Source of the DNA: an uncultured Gemmataceae bacterium
GTDB lineage: Bacteria > Planctomycetota > Planctomycetia > Gemmatales > Gemmataceae
Direction of reading: 5' to 3'
Assembly (NCBI GenBank): GCA_963750165.1
Contig: CAVVPN010000003.1
Location: forward strand, 2,112,001 to 2,176,000
DNA length: 64,000 bases
Shown: one piece after another, positions 51,815 to 62,192 of the stretch
Numbering within the stretch: position 1 is the first letter of the stretch
Layout of the letters: every line of letters begins with the position of its first letter
Program-made: the position numbers and the translations under genes
The notes under the pieces: generated by a model
What the model saw: the letters and a program-made list of their open reading frames with translations, nothing else
Told to the model about the DNA's origin: nothing
Databases searched by the model: none

Positions 51815-53563
51815 ATGAAACGAATCCACAGACTGACATTGCTTGTTCTCCTGTCGCTGGTGATGATCTCCGGTTGCCTGCCGTTGCCCAATCGCCCTGA
51901 ACCTCCGGGAATACTGGCGACCGCACCCCCCCTGGGCTCCCCGGTGGCCAGCGATGGCATCGTGCCTGCGTCCGCCGCCCTCCGCGCACCGACGCAGCCC
52001 TCCCAGGTCGCGCCGCCGCCGCCCCCGCGCGAGCAGGTGTTGGCTCAGGTACAGCTCTTCCCCCCGGCCCCGCTACCGTCTGGCAGCGGCCAGGCGAGCC
52101 TGCCGGCGCCGCCGCTGGAACTGACCGATCTGCCCTTGCCGATCAACCTCGCCACGGCGTTGCGGCTCGCCGATGCCCGGCCGCTCGTCGTGGCCGCCGC
52201 CCAGGCCAGCGCCTGGGTGGCCGAGGCGCAACTCCAGCAGGCCAAGCTCATCTGGGTTCCCGAACTCGATCTGGACGTGGTTTATTTCCGGCACGACGGC
52301 TACGGCCCGGATTTCAACCGCGGTTCCACGGTGCCGTTCGACCTCAACAGCACGAGACTGCCCATCAGCCAGAACCTCAACTATTTCTACGCCGGCGGCG
52401 GCCTCTACACGGTCTTCGCCGTGACGGACGCCATTTTCCAGCCCCTGGCGGCGCGGCAGGTTCTGGATTCGCGGCGCTGGGACATCCAGGCCGCCAAGAA
52501 CGACGCCTTGCTGCTGACGGCCCAGTCCTACTTTGACGTACACCGCTACCGCGGCATGTACGCTGGCGCCCTCGACACCGTCCAGCGCGGCCGCCAGCTG
52601 GTCGAACGCATCCGCCTGCTGAGCGAGGAACTCGTGACCAAGGCCGAGGTCAATCGCGCCCAGCGGCAGCTCGCCGACCTGGAGCAACGGGCCGTCTCCG
52701 CCCGCGAGCAGTGGCGCGTGGCCAGCGCCGACCTGACCCAGGTGCTCCGCCTCGACCCGCGCGCCGTGGTCGTGCCGGTTGAGCACGACCACCTGCAGAT
52801 CACCCTGATCGACCCCGCCCGCCCGCTCGACAACCTGATGCCCATCGGCCTGGCCAACCGCCCCGAACTCAAGGCGCAGCAGGCGCTGATTCAGGCGGCC
52901 CAGGTGCGCATCCGCCAGGAGAAGTTGCGGCCGTTCATCCCCAGCGTCATCATCACGGGCTTCCAGACCCCCGGAGACATGCGTATGCAATTCGGGTTCT
53001 TCGGCACCGGCTCGGACAGCAGCATGAACTTGTGGAGCCTGCGCGACGACATCAGCACGCAGCTCGTCTGGCAGGCCGAGGGCCTGGGCTTTGGGAACCT
53101 GGCGCGGGTCAAGGAGCGGCGCGGCGAAGAGTCGCGGGCCATGGTCGATCTCAACCGCGTCCAGGACATGGTTGCCGCGGACGTGACCCAGGCTCAGGCG
53201 AACCTCCAGTCGGCGGCGGTTCGGGTCAGCCAGGCCGAGCGCTCCTTGCGGGAGGCGCGCATCACCTTCGAGAAGAACTACGAAGGCCTGCGCCAGACCA
53301 CCCGCTTCGAGAACGTTCTGATCCAGGCCTACCGCCCGCAGGAAGCAGTTGTCGCCCTCGCCCGGTTGCGGGACGCCTACGACGAATACTTCGGCACGGT
53401 GGCCGACTACAACCAGGCGCAGTTCCGGCTGTTCCACGCCCTGGGCTACCCCGCCCAGGGAATCTCCAGCCTCCAGCCCCCGGGTGAGGTCGTGCCGGTG
53501 GACACGACGCGGCCCGGCTACCTGCCCGCGGTGGGCGTCGGACCGCCCCCGGCAACTCGGTAA
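51815..53563 (+). CDS. TolC-family outer membrane factor (lipoprotein)
   Basis: Lipobox ISGC, PINLATALRLADARP, TAQSYFDV, GLANRPEL, YNQAQFRLFHALG. Confidence 0.85.
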   Translation: MKRIHRLTLLVLLSLVMISGCLPLPNRPEPPGILATAPPLGSPVASDGIVPASAALRAPTQPSQVAPPPPPREQVLAQVQLFPPAPLPSGSGQASLPAPPLELTDLPLPINLATALRLADARPLVVAAAQASAWVAEAQLQQAKLIWVPELDLDVVYFRHDGYGPDFNRGSTVPFDLNSTRLPISQNLNYFYAGGGLYTVFAVTDAIFQPLAARQVLDSRRWDIQAAKNDALLLTAQSYFDVHRYRGMYAGALDTVQRGRQLVERIRLLSEELVTKAEVNRAQRQLADLEQRAVSAREQWRVASADLTQVLRLDPRAVVVPVEHDHLQITLIDPARPLDNLMPIGLANRPELKAQQALIQAAQVRIRQEKLRPFIPSVIITGFQTPGDMRMQFGFFGTGSDSSMNLWSLRDDISTQLVWQAEGLGFGNLARVKERRGEESRAMVDLNRVQDMVAADVTQAQANLQSAAVRVSQAERSLREARITFEKNYEGLRQTTRFENVLIQAYRPQEAVVALARLRDAYDEYFGTVADYNQAQFRLFHALGYPAQGISSLQPPGEVVPVDTTRPGYLPAVGVGPPPATR

Positions 53564-53612
53564 GGGGTGTCCCGAGGGAACGGTAAGTCAAGCGAACGAA
53601 AGGAGTCCTCCG

Positions 53613-55238
53613 ATGAAGCGCCTGGATTGGTGCCTGGTCGCCCTGACAGCCTTGCTGCTGGCGTGCTTCGAACCGGCGCCCGCCCGCGCTCAGTCCCAGG
53701 TCGCGCTCGGGGCGCCCACGGTCCTGACCGCCCAGCCCCAAGGCGCCCCGGAGCAGGTCCTTCCCCCGCCGGAAACTGGTGTATCAGCCGCGGGCCTGAG
53801 GATTGCGTCGCCTGAGCCGACCGACGTGCCGCTGCCGATCAACCTGGCCGCCGCCCTGAAGCTCGCCGATGCCCGGCCGCTGATCGTGGCCGCCGCCCAG
53901 GCCAGCGCCTGGGTGGCCGAGGCGCAGCTCCAGCGCGCCCAGGTTCTCTGGCTCCCCACGCTCAACCTCGGCGCGGATTACGTCCGGCACGACGGCTATG
54001 GGCCGGACTTCAACCGCGGCATCAATACCGCGGCCCGGCCGCTCAACCAGAACGTCAACTTTATGTACGCCGGTGCTGGCATCACCCAGGGCGTCGCCCT
54101 GACCGACGCCATCTTCTCGCCCCTGGCGGCGCGGCAGACCCTCAACGCGCGGCGCTTCGACATCCAGACCGCCAAGAACGACGCCCTGTTACAGACGGCC
54201 CGGGCTTACTTCGACGTACATCGCTACCGCGGCATGTACGCCGGCGCCCTCGACACCGTCCAGCGCGGCCAAAAACTGGTCGAGCGCGTCAAGCTGCTGA
54301 GCGAGGAATTCGTGGCCAAGGCCGAGGTCAACCGTGCCCAGCGGGCGCTCGCGGACCTGGAGCAGATGGCCGCCTCCGCCCGCGAGCAGTGGCGCGTGGC
54401 CAGCGCCGACCTGACCCAGGTGCTCCGCCTCGACCCGCGCGCCGTGGTCGTGCCGGTCGAGCACGACCACCTGCAAATCACCTTGATCGACCCCGCCCGC
54501 CCACTCGACGACCTGATCCCCATCGGCCTGACTAACCGCCCCGAACTGGCGGCGCAGCAGGAACTCGTGCAGGCAGTGCTGGTGCGCATCCGGCAGGAGA
54601 AACTGCGGCCGTTGCTGCCCAGCATTTTGCTCAACGGCTTCCAGACGCCGCAGGAATTGCTTCAGGTTGGTGCCCAGGGCTTCGGCAACGGCGGTAAGTT
54701 GAACCTGTGGGGCTCCCGCGATGACTTCAGCCCTCAGGTGCTGTGGCAAATCAAAGGCATGGGGCTCGGGAATCTCGCGATGATTAAGGAGCAGCGCGGC
54801 GAACAGTCCCGGTCCATCGTGCAGCTGTTCATGGCTCAGGATCGGGTGGCCGCGGACGTGACCCGGGCCCAGGCCCGGCTCCAGTCGGCGGCGGTTCGGG
54901 TCGGCCAGGCCGAGCGCTCCTTGCGCGAGGCCCTCATCACCTACGACAAGAACTACGAGGGCATGCGGCAGACCAAGCGGTTCGGGAATCTCCTGGTCCA
55001 GGCGTACCGGCCGCAGGAAGTGGTCGTCGCCCTGGAGAGTTTGAAGGGGGCTTACGACGAGTATTTCGGCACGGTGGCGGACTACAACCAGGCGCAGTTC
55101 CAGATGTTTTTCGCCCTGGGCTACCCCGCCCAGGAAGTCACCCGATTCCACACCCCCGGCGAGCCCATGCCGGTGGACCCGTCGCGGCCCGGCTACCTGC
55201 CGCCGGTGGGCGTCGGCCCGCCGCCGGCGACCCGTTAA
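53613..55238 (+). CDS. TolC-family outer membrane factor, close paralog of the upstream gene
   Basis: AAGGAG upstream, PINLAAALKLADARP, GLTNRPEL, identical C-terminus VGVGPPPATR. Confidence 0.85.
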   Translation: MKRLDWCLVALTALLLACFEPAPARAQSQVALGAPTVLTAQPQGAPEQVLPPPETGVSAAGLRIASPEPTDVPLPINLAAALKLADARPLIVAAAQASAWVAEAQLQRAQVLWLPTLNLGADYVRHDGYGPDFNRGINTAARPLNQNVNFMYAGAGITQGVALTDAIFSPLAARQTLNARRFDIQTAKNDALLQTARAYFDVHRYRGMYAGALDTVQRGQKLVERVKLLSEEFVAKAEVNRAQRALADLEQMAASAREQWRVASADLTQVLRLDPRAVVVPVEHDHLQITLIDPARPLDDLIPIGLTNRPELAAQQELVQAVLVRIRQEKLRPLLPSILLNGFQTPQELLQVGAQGFGNGGKLNLWGSRDDFSPQVLWQIKGMGLGNLAMIKEQRGEQSRSIVQLFMAQDRVAADVTRAQARLQSAAVRVGQAERSLREALITYDKNYEGMRQTKRFGNLLVQAYRPQEVVVALESLKGAYDEYFGTVADYNQAQFQMFFALGYPAQEVTRFHTPGEPMPVDPSRPGYLPPVGVGPPPATR

Positions 55239-55249
55239 GGGCTGCCGAT

Positions 55250-55318
55250 AACGACCAGGCCCCGGTTCCGTTTCGCGCGGACAGAATCCAGGCGAACTGG
55301 AAACGGGGCCTGGTCGTT
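55250..55318. terminator. Inverted repeat between convergent genes, possible bidirectional terminator
   Basis: aacgaccaggccccg...cggggcctggtcgtt. Confidence 0.6.
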
Positions 55319-55330
55319 TCCGCCTCCGCG

Positions 55331-55803
55331 TCACCGCGGACAGGCCCCGTTCAGACAGGGGCCGCCGAGCGCGTCGATGATGTCCGTGGCACCGGGCACG
55401 GAGGGCTGATAGGGGCCGTTGCCGCCCAGGTGCAGGAGTTGGGCCTCGTCGCGCGGGCGCCGGTGAAAGGGCCAAAGGTGTGGATGCCGGGCGACAGCTC
55501 GGCCCCGAACGGCGGCAGGCCGCCGCCGTCCCAGCCATACGGGGCGTGCGCGTAGTGAACGAACGGCCGACAGTAGCCGCGGTAGTAGGGCACATAGGCG
55601 ACCGGCCGCCAGCGCGTGGAGATCGGCGTCAGCGGGGAGCCGTAATACGGGACGAACGTGCCTTTGTGGTGCGGCGGCCCGTCCGGGCTCTCCAGCGGGG
55701 GAAGAATCGCCACCCCGCGTTCGTTGGCCGCCACCGCCGTCGGGAATGACAGCACCGCGGCGAGGGCCATCGAGCCGACCAGGACTGCGAGCGCTCGTTT
55801 CAT
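55331..55803 (-). CDS. Hypothetical secreted Pro/Tyr-rich protein (probable frameshift near 55455)
   Basis: AGGAG upstream, signal peptide MKRALAVLVG...; adding one base joins GPFTGAR to RDEAQLLHLGG...GACPR*. Confidence 0.6.
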
Positions 55804-55975
55804 GGAGATCCTTCTCCTTCTGTGCCCGGGCGAGGGGAAATCCTGCCGTTCTACTTCGTCGCGCGGGCGGGCGGAGGGGGAGACATTGGTGCGCACGGCG
55901 CGGCGGATTCGCTTGCCACTGCCGCAAAGAATGGCACATCCGGCACGACCGGATTGTTGGGCCGCCGCGAACCGC

Positions 55976-58369
55976 TCAGCTCCCCGCCGGCGCCGCCGCC
56001 GCGATTTTGCGGTACGTCCGGATCGCCTGCTGAAACGCCTCCTGCGCCGCGGGACGCTCCTGCTCGGCGATGACCCGGCTGCGGGCCCGCCACAGCTGCT
56101 CGATGCAGGCGGCGCACCACAGCGCACTCTTGCGGCTCGCCCGAATCGGCTGACCGCCAACGATCACGTTGACCGGGTTGGTGTGCAGCTGTGGAAACTG
56201 CCGCAGCGCCACCCAGCTGCTGCGCTCGATCGGCACCTCAAAGATCAGGTCATGCGTCTGATCGTCCGCCGGCACTTCCTTTTTGGCGACCACCTGGCCG
56301 TTGACGATCAGTTCCACCAGCCGCTTGTTGCCCAGCGGCACGGTGCCGCCCTTGGCGGTGCCCAGCGGCGTCGCCTTGGCGAACGCCACCTTCGCCTTGA
56401 CCATCACGGCGCCGGCCCTGGCCAGCTGCACCGCGTCGCCCGAGGACACCCCGTTGACACTGAACTGCAGCGCGTGGGCGTAGCCGTCCGAGACGTAGGA
56501 GCGGCCCTCCGCCAGCGCCTTGCACCAGGCGCGGAAATCGATCTTGTCCACCTTGCCGAGCTGCACGTACACACGGCCCTCGCCGACGCGGCTGCCGCTG
56601 ATGCACGGGAAGTCGGTTTCGCCGCTCACCTTCAGCGGGAAGCCGCAGTTCATGATGTGATACCAGCAGTTCCACTCCGGCACCCGCTGCGTGTCCATCG
56701 CGCTGATGAAGTCGCACAGTCCCTGCGCTGCCGTGACGAAGATTTCCTGGGCGCCGATGCCGTTCAGCTCCGGGATCGCCAGGTTCGGCAGCCGGTTCAT
56801 GACGCGCACGTGGCTGTCGATCAATTCCTTCTCGGACAGCTTGCCGTCGCTGTTGGTGTCGATGGCCTTGAAATCCTCGGGCAGCAGGCCCCTGGCCGCC
56901 TCCTTGGGACTGAGGAACAAATCCTTGTCGGTGTCCAGTTCGCCGAGCAACCGTTTGGCCGCGGCGACGGCGTTGACGTTCAATCCATTGGCGGAGTGAG
57001 CGTAGCCCGTGTAGGCGCCCTGCTTCTTGGCCCAGCGCATCAGCGGCGTCGTCCACGTCGGCCAGCCCTTGGTCTTGGTGCCGTCCGAGCCCGGATAGGT
57101 CTGGTCCTTCAGGTTCAGCAGACAGACATGGCCCAGCGCCTGCGAGCCGAAGCCGCTCACCTCGATGTCGTACTTCAGCAGCGTGAACGGCTCGCTGATC
57201 TTGTTCGGCTCCGCTTCAAAGAACTGCCGTTGAAAATCAAAGCACGGGCCCCAGGTCAAGTTGCAGCCGACATTCAGGCCCTCGCCCTTGACGTGCAGGA
57301 ACATGTCGCGCGGATAAACGCCCTCGGTCGGGCTGGTGTAGTGGGCGCAGCCGGCCGCGTGAATGTGGTGGTCACCCGAGTAGAAGCCGAAGTCCCTCGT
57401 GTTGATCCAGCGCTGCAGCTTCACGTCGATCTTCGCCGAGCCCTTCGCGGGGATGGTCACGGTGCGCCGCAACAGCCGATATTCGGGACCGCGGCCGTAG
57501 TCCATCGTCAGTTCGCCCGGCGGCAGCAGCACCACGTCGCCATCGCCGCGATACACCTGGTCCTGGAAGAAGAAGTCCGGGGCCAGGCGTTTGGCGCGCG
57601 GCGGGTAGACGTTGCCGTGTTTGTCCTTGAAGGTGAAGCGGCCGATGGTCGGCGTGCCGTCGAAGTCGCGCACGCCCAGCTTGACGGTGATGGCCGGCCG
57701 CACGTCGAACAGCACCGGCACCTCGCCGCGGAAGCCGAGGTCCTGCGTCCCCTGGCCGACGTTGAAGCCCAGCGTCGCCTCGCGGGCGCCCGCCGCGCTG
57801 CTGGTAATTAGCGCCAGGGCGTACTCGACTTTCAGGCCGCTCAGGTTCGCCGTCATCGGTGGCTTGCGGAACAGCTCCACGTCCAGGAAATGGTCCTTCG
57901 ACGGCTTGCCCTTGAGCTTCGACGCGCCGCCGGAGAAGACCGGGCCGGCCTGTGGGCTGGCGACACGCAGCTGCGCCGTGACCGTGCTGTCATTGATGAT
58001 TTTGATGACGTGGGGCACATGGCCGGACTGTTGCAGCACCGCCTTCGCTGGGCCGCGGGCCGCCTTGACGCGCGCCTCCGGCGACAGCGTGACGACCACC
58101 AGCACGTGTTTGTCGAGGATTTGCTGGAGTTTTTTGGCGTCCTGATCCTTGACGGCCGCCTGCAACTGCTTCGTGACCTCCGCCGGCAGCGGCGCGCCGA
58201 GGAAGTCGAGCGCCTGCAGCAGACGCTTGACGTTGGCGGCCAGGGGCTGGCCCTCGACCGCGACGGGCGGAATTTCCTGAGCCGAGACGGCCCCGAGCGG
58301 GCACAGGCTCAACAGCGCCAGCGCGGCGGCGACGCCGAGCCGGCGCGGCATGCGCGACACAGCAGCCAT
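55976..58369 (-). CDS. Secreted PHP-like (CehA/McbA-type) metallohydrolase with an EF-hand pair
   Basis: Signal peptide; GDHHIHAAGC, GYAHS, SGETDFPC; EF-hands DTDKDLFLSPKE and DTNSDGKLSEKE. Confidence 0.75.
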   Translation of the reverse strand: MAAVSRMPRRLGVAAALALLSLCPLGAVSAQEIPPVAVEGQPLAANVKRLLQALDFLGAPLPAEVTKQLQAAVKDQDAKKLQQILDKHVLVVVTLSPEARVKAARGPAKAVLQQSGHVPHVIKIINDSTVTAQLRVASPQAGPVFSGGASKLKGKPSKDHFLDVELFRKPPMTANLSGLKVEYALALITSSAAGAREATLGFNVGQGTQDLGFRGEVPVLFDVRPAITVKLGVRDFDGTPTIGRFTFKDKHGNVYPPRAKRLAPDFFFQDQVYRGDGDVVLLPPGELTMDYGRGPEYRLLRRTVTIPAKGSAKIDVKLQRWINTRDFGFYSGDHHIHAAGCAHYTSPTEGVYPRDMFLHVKGEGLNVGCNLTWGPCFDFQRQFFEAEPNKISEPFTLLKYDIEVSGFGSQALGHVCLLNLKDQTYPGSDGTKTKGWPTWTTPLMRWAKKQGAYTGYAHSANGLNVNAVAAAKRLLGELDTDKDLFLSPKEAARGLLPEDFKAIDTNSDGKLSEKELIDSHVRVMNRLPNLAIPELNGIGAQEIFVTAAQGLCDFISAMDTQRVPEWNCWYHIMNCGFPLKVSGETDFPCISGSRVGEGRVYVQLGKVDKIDFRAWCKALAEGRSYVSDGYAHALQFSVNGVSSGDAVQLARAGAVMVKAKVAFAKATPLGTAKGGTVPLGNKRLVELIVNGQVVAKKEVPADDQTHDLIFEVPIERSSWVALRQFPQLHTNPVNVIVGGQPIRASRKSALWCAACIEQLWRARSRVIAEQERPAAQEAFQQAIRTYRKIAAAAPAGS

Positions 58370-58596
58370 GACTCTTCTCCCTGGTGCGACGCGGGCAACG
58401 GGTGGAACGCTGGTTTGGGTATACAGCGGCGCCGGGGCGCTGTCCAGGGAAACCCAGAAAGCAGGATGGGGCCGGAAGGTGAAATGAAAAACCGCCACCC
58501 GGGCCGGGGGGGGACCGGCGCACAGGTGGCGGCAGTGTGGCGGACGCGCCGCCGGTGCGGAGCACGGCACTGAAGCGGTTCACGCAGGGCACACGA

Positions 58597-58656
58597 CGTG
58601 GCACGGCTCTCCAGAGCCGTGCGCTTTCCACCACGGCTCTGGAGAGCCGTGCCACG
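58597..58656. repeat. REP-like hairpin
   Basis: cgtggcacggctctccagagccgtg...cacggctctggagagccgtgccacg. Confidence 0.88.
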
Positions 58657-58685
58657 GTTTGTGGTCCACGCGCTGGCGAACCGCG

Positions 58686-59216
58686 CTAATTGCAACCGCA
58701 GCCGCCGTTGGCGGAACCAGAACCACCGGTGCCGGAACCGCAGCCGCCATTACCGGGGTCAGTGGCGCCGCCGGGACCGGAGCCAGAGCCGCTGCCGGGA
58801 ATGACCGGCCGCCCAGGTGACCCGGGCGGGGGGGGCAGCATACACGGCTCGCCGAAGAACTGCCGGCAAGAGCCAAACATGAACGTCAGGTCCGTGGTAA
58901 TGTTGCCGCAGCCCACCGAGTTATGGGTGTCCCAGCAGCAAAAGCCCATGGAACGGGCGAAGCTCTTGACGTGGGTGCAGCACTGGTGGTAGAACTTCCC
59001 GATCGGTCCTCGCTCGGGTTCAGGCGGCGGGACGGCGTTCGGCGGCGTGGCGTCGTGCGGGACGACCGGCACGATCGCATACGCCTGGATCACCACCGGG
59101 TTACCGGTCAGCACGGGCGCCGGGGCTGTCGGCACTTGCGCCGCCAGGGGACCGGCCCACCAGGCTCCCAGGGTCACCACCAACGTCAACTCCAACGGCC
59201 ATAGCCAACGGTTCAT
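58686..59216 (-). CDS. Hypothetical secreted Cys/Gly-rich protein
   Basis: AGGAGG upstream, signal peptide, CCW..HN.VGCG....L.F.FGSCRQFFGEPC, Gly-rich tail ending GCGCN. Confidence 0.7.
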   Translation of the reverse strand: MNRWLWPLELTLVVTLGAWWAGPLAAQVPTAPAPVLTGNPVVIQAYAIVPVVPHDATPPNAVPPPEPERGPIGKFYHQCCTHVKSFARSMGFCCWDTHNSVGCGNITTDLTFMFGSCRQFFGEPCMLPPPPGSPGRPVIPGSGSGSGPGGATDPGNGGCGSGTGGSGSANGGCGCN

Positions 59217-59413
59217 GCGTCCGACCTCCTGTCTTCCCGTCACCAGTTGCCGCCAACATCCCTTCTATCGGCAACCGCCACCGCCGGGGTTTGCAAAAAA
59301 GCGAAGTTTGGGCAGCGGAGGAAATGAACGAGCCCCGTTTACGTTTCGCGCTGGTAGCAGTCCGCGCGAAGGGTGGCCATGACATGCTCTCCAGCGTGGG
59401 GGCGGAAGGACGG

Positions 59414-60211
59414 TTACTGTTTCACGACCGGCAACTCCTTGACGGTCACCCGCTCTTTCCTGCGGCTGTTGCCGAACAGCTTGTGCCAGACCCACATCAC
59501 CGGGTCGTAATATTCATCCACCACGCGCTCCTTGAGCGGGATGATGCCGTTGTCGGTGATGTGAATGTGTTCGGGGCAGACCTCGGTGCAGCATTTGGTG
59601 ATGTTGCACAGGCCGATGTTCAACTGATCCTTGACCAGCGGCAGCCGATCAACGGTATCCAGCGGGTGCATGTCCAGGCTGGCGACGCGAATCATGAAAC
59701 GCGGGCCGCCGAACATCTCACCTTCCTTCTTGTCGTGGTCGCGCAGCACATGGCAAACGTCCTGGCACAAAAAGCACTCGATGCACTTGCGGAACTCCTG
59801 AACGCGATCGACTTCTTCCTGGGCCATGCGCCAGGTGCCGTCGGCCTCCTTCGGCCCCGGCTTGAACGGCGGGATCATCTTGTTGACGCGGTAGTTCCAG
59901 GACACGTCAGTCACCAGGTCCTTGATGAGCGGGAACGTGTGCATCGGCTGCAACGTGATGGGCCGATCCTGGGGCACGGTGTCCATGCGCGTCATGCACA
60001 TGAGGCGCGGCTTGCCGTTGATCTCCGCGGAGCAGGAGCCGCACTTGCCGGCCTTGCAGTTCCAGCGGCACGCCAGGTCCGGCGCCTGCGTCGCCTGAAT
60101 CTGATGCACGGCGTCCAGCACGACCATGCCCTCGCCGACCTCGGCCGTGTAGGTCTTGTAAGCGCCGCCCGTCTTGTCGCCGCGCCAGATCTGAAAAGTG
60201 GCCGTCGCCAT
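59414..60211 (-). CDS. sdhB: Succinate dehydrogenase/fumarate reductase iron-sulfur subunit
   Basis: CKAGKCGSC...C, CIECFLCQDVC, CNITKCCTEVCP. Confidence 0.95.
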   Translation of the reverse strand: MATATFQIWRGDKTGGAYKTYTAEVGEGMVVLDAVHQIQATQAPDLACRWNCKAGKCGSCSAEINGKPRLMCMTRMDTVPQDRPITLQPMHTFPLIKDLVTDVSWNYRVNKMIPPFKPGPKEADGTWRMAQEEVDRVQEFRKCIECFLCQDVCHVLRDHDKKEGEMFGGPRFMIRVASLDMHPLDTVDRLPLVKDQLNIGLCNITKCCTEVCPEHIHITDNGIIPLKERVVDEYYDPVMWVWHKLFGNSRRKERVTVKELPVVKQ

Positions 60212-60226
60212 GGGAAACCCTTTCTT

Positions 60227-60308
60227 TGATCCACAGCTGACACAGATTTCACAGATGAAGACAAATCAATTTGATTGTCATCTGCGAAAGCTGTGTCAGC
60301 TGTGGATC
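60227..60308. repeat. Imperfect inverted repeat inside the sdh operon
   Basis: gatccacagctgacacagatttcacagatga...tcatctgcgaaagctgtgtcagctgtggatc. Confidence 0.8.
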
Positions 60309-60313
60309 AATAC

Positions 60314-62191
60314 TCATGCCAGCTCTTCGGGCAGCTTGCCCTCGTTCTGTTCCTTGATGACCTCTTTCAGTTCCTCGGGCATGGGCGGGATCGGGTCGAG
60401 CCGAATCTGCATCTTGCCGTCGTCGCCCTTCCAGACGACCGAGTTCACCTTGCCGAAATTCTGATTGTCCTTCTTCGCGTAATCAAGGCGAAACTGGCCG
60501 CCGCGGCTCTCCTTGCGCAGCAGAGCCGCCCGCGCGACCGCCTCGGACACCGTCAGCAGGTTGGGCAGGTCCATCGCCGTGTGCCAGCCTGGGTTGTACT
60601 CGCGGTTGCCCGGCGCCTGCACGCGCCGCGCCCGCTGCCAGAGCTGTTGCAAGCCCTCCAGCGCCTTCAGCATCTCGTCCTCCTTGCGGACGATGCCGAC
60701 CAGATCCTGCATCATGTCCTGCAAGTCCTGCTGCACCTTGAACGGGTTCTCCTGACCCTGCGGCGCGTCCATGAACGACAGCGCCCACTTCTCGGTCTCG
60801 TCGATCTGGTCCTGGTGGACCTGGCCGAGGGACTGGCCGCGGGTGTACTGGGCCGCGTGCTCGCCGGCGCGCTTGCCCAGCACCAGCAGGTCCGACAGCG
60901 AGTTGCCGCCCAGCCGGTTGGCGCCGTTGATGCCGGCCGCACACTCGCCGCAGGCGAACAGGCCGGGAATCTTGCTGGACATCTGCGTGTCCGCATCGAC
61001 GCGGACGCCGCCCATGACATAGTGCGTCGTCGGGCCGACCTCCATCGGCTCCTTCGTGATGTCCAGGCCGCCCAGCTCCTTGAATTGATGATACATGCTC
61101 GGCAGCTTCTTCTTCCAGTGCTCCGCCGCGTTGAAGCTCGGCTGCCGCTGCTTCATCCACTTCGCGAACGAGTCCAGTTCCAGGAAGACGCCGCCGTGCG
61201 GACTACCGCGGCCCTCCTTGACCTCGCGCACGATGCAGCGGGCCACGTGGTCGCGCGTCAGCAACTCCGGCGGCCGCCGCGCGTCCTTGCCCTGGTACTG
61301 GGCGCCGATGACGTAGAGGAAACCCTCCTCCTCGTTGTCGGCGGTCTGCGGCTTGTAGTTGTCCGGGATGTCGCCGAACAGGAAGCGGACGCCCTTGTTG
61401 TTGCGCAGGACGCCGCCCTCGCCGCGAACGCCCTCGGTCACCAGGATGCCGCGGACGCTCGGCGGCCAGACCATGCCGGTCGGGTGGAACTGGATGAACT
61501 CCATGTCGATCAGCTCGGCGCCGGCGTTGTAGGCCAGGGCGTGGCCGTCGCCGGTGTACTCCCAGCTGTTGCTGGTGATCTTGTACGCCTTGCCAATGCC
61601 GCCGGTCGCCAGCACCACCGCCTTCGCCCGGAACAGCACGAAACGGCCGAGTTCGCGATAGTAGCCCAGCGCCCCGGCGATGCGGTCGCCGTCCTTGAGC
61701 AGACGGATGATCGTGCATTCCATGTACACGCTCATGCCCTGGTGGACGCCGTGATCTTGTAGCGTGCGGATCATCTCCAGGCCGGTGCGGTCGCCGACGT
61801 GCGCCAGCCGCGGATACTTGTGGCCGCCGAAATTGCGCTGCAGAATGCGGCCGTCTTTCGTGCGGTCGAAGACGGCTCCCCAGGCCTCCAGCTCACGGAC
61901 GCGATCCGGCGCTTCCTGGGCGTGCAGCTGGGCCATGCGCCAGTTGTTGACGTACTGGCCGCCGCGCATGGTGTCGGCGAAATGCACCTTCCAGCTGTCG
62001 CGGTTATCGACGTTGGCCAGCGCCGCCGCGATGCCGCCCTCCGCCATGACCGTGTGCGCCTTGCCCAGCAGCGACTTGCACACCAGCCCCACCGACACGC
62101 CCGCCGCCGACGCCTCGATGGCAGCACGCAGCCCCGCGCCGCCGGCGCCGATCACCAGCACGTCGTGTTCATGCGATTGATAGTTGACCAT
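60314..62191 (-). CDS. sdhA: Succinate dehydrogenase/fumarate reductase flavoprotein subunit
   Basis: VIGAGGAGL, KAHTVMAEGG, QFHPTG, TEGVRGEGG, HYVMGG, GANRLGGNSL, RKESRG. Confidence 0.96.
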   Translation of the reverse strand: MVNYQSHEHDVLVIGAGGAGLRAAIEASAAGVSVGLVCKSLLGKAHTVMAEGGIAAALANVDNRDSWKVHFADTMRGGQYVNNWRMAQLHAQEAPDRVRELEAWGAVFDRTKDGRILQRNFGGHKYPRLAHVGDRTGLEMIRTLQDHGVHQGMSVYMECTIIRLLKDGDRIAGALGYYRELGRFVLFRAKAVVLATGGIGKAYKITSNSWEYTGDGHALAYNAGAELIDMEFIQFHPTGMVWPPSVRGILVTEGVRGEGGVLRNNKGVRFLFGDIPDNYKPQTADNEEEGFLYVIGAQYQGKDARRPPELLTRDHVARCIVREVKEGRGSPHGGVFLELDSFAKWMKQRQPSFNAAEHWKKKLPSMYHQFKELGGLDITKEPMEVGPTTHYVMGGVRVDADTQMSSKIPGLFACGECAAGINGANRLGGNSLSDLLVLGKRAGEHAAQYTRGQSLGQVHQDQIDETEKWALSFMDAPQGQENPFKVQQDLQDMMQDLVGIVRKEDEMLKALEGLQQLWQRARRVQAPGNREYNPGWHTAMDLPNLLTVSEAVARAALLRKESRGGQFRLDYAKKDNQNFGKVNSVVWKGDDGKMQIRLDPIPPMPEELKEVIKEQNEGKLPEELA

Positions 62192-62192
62192 C

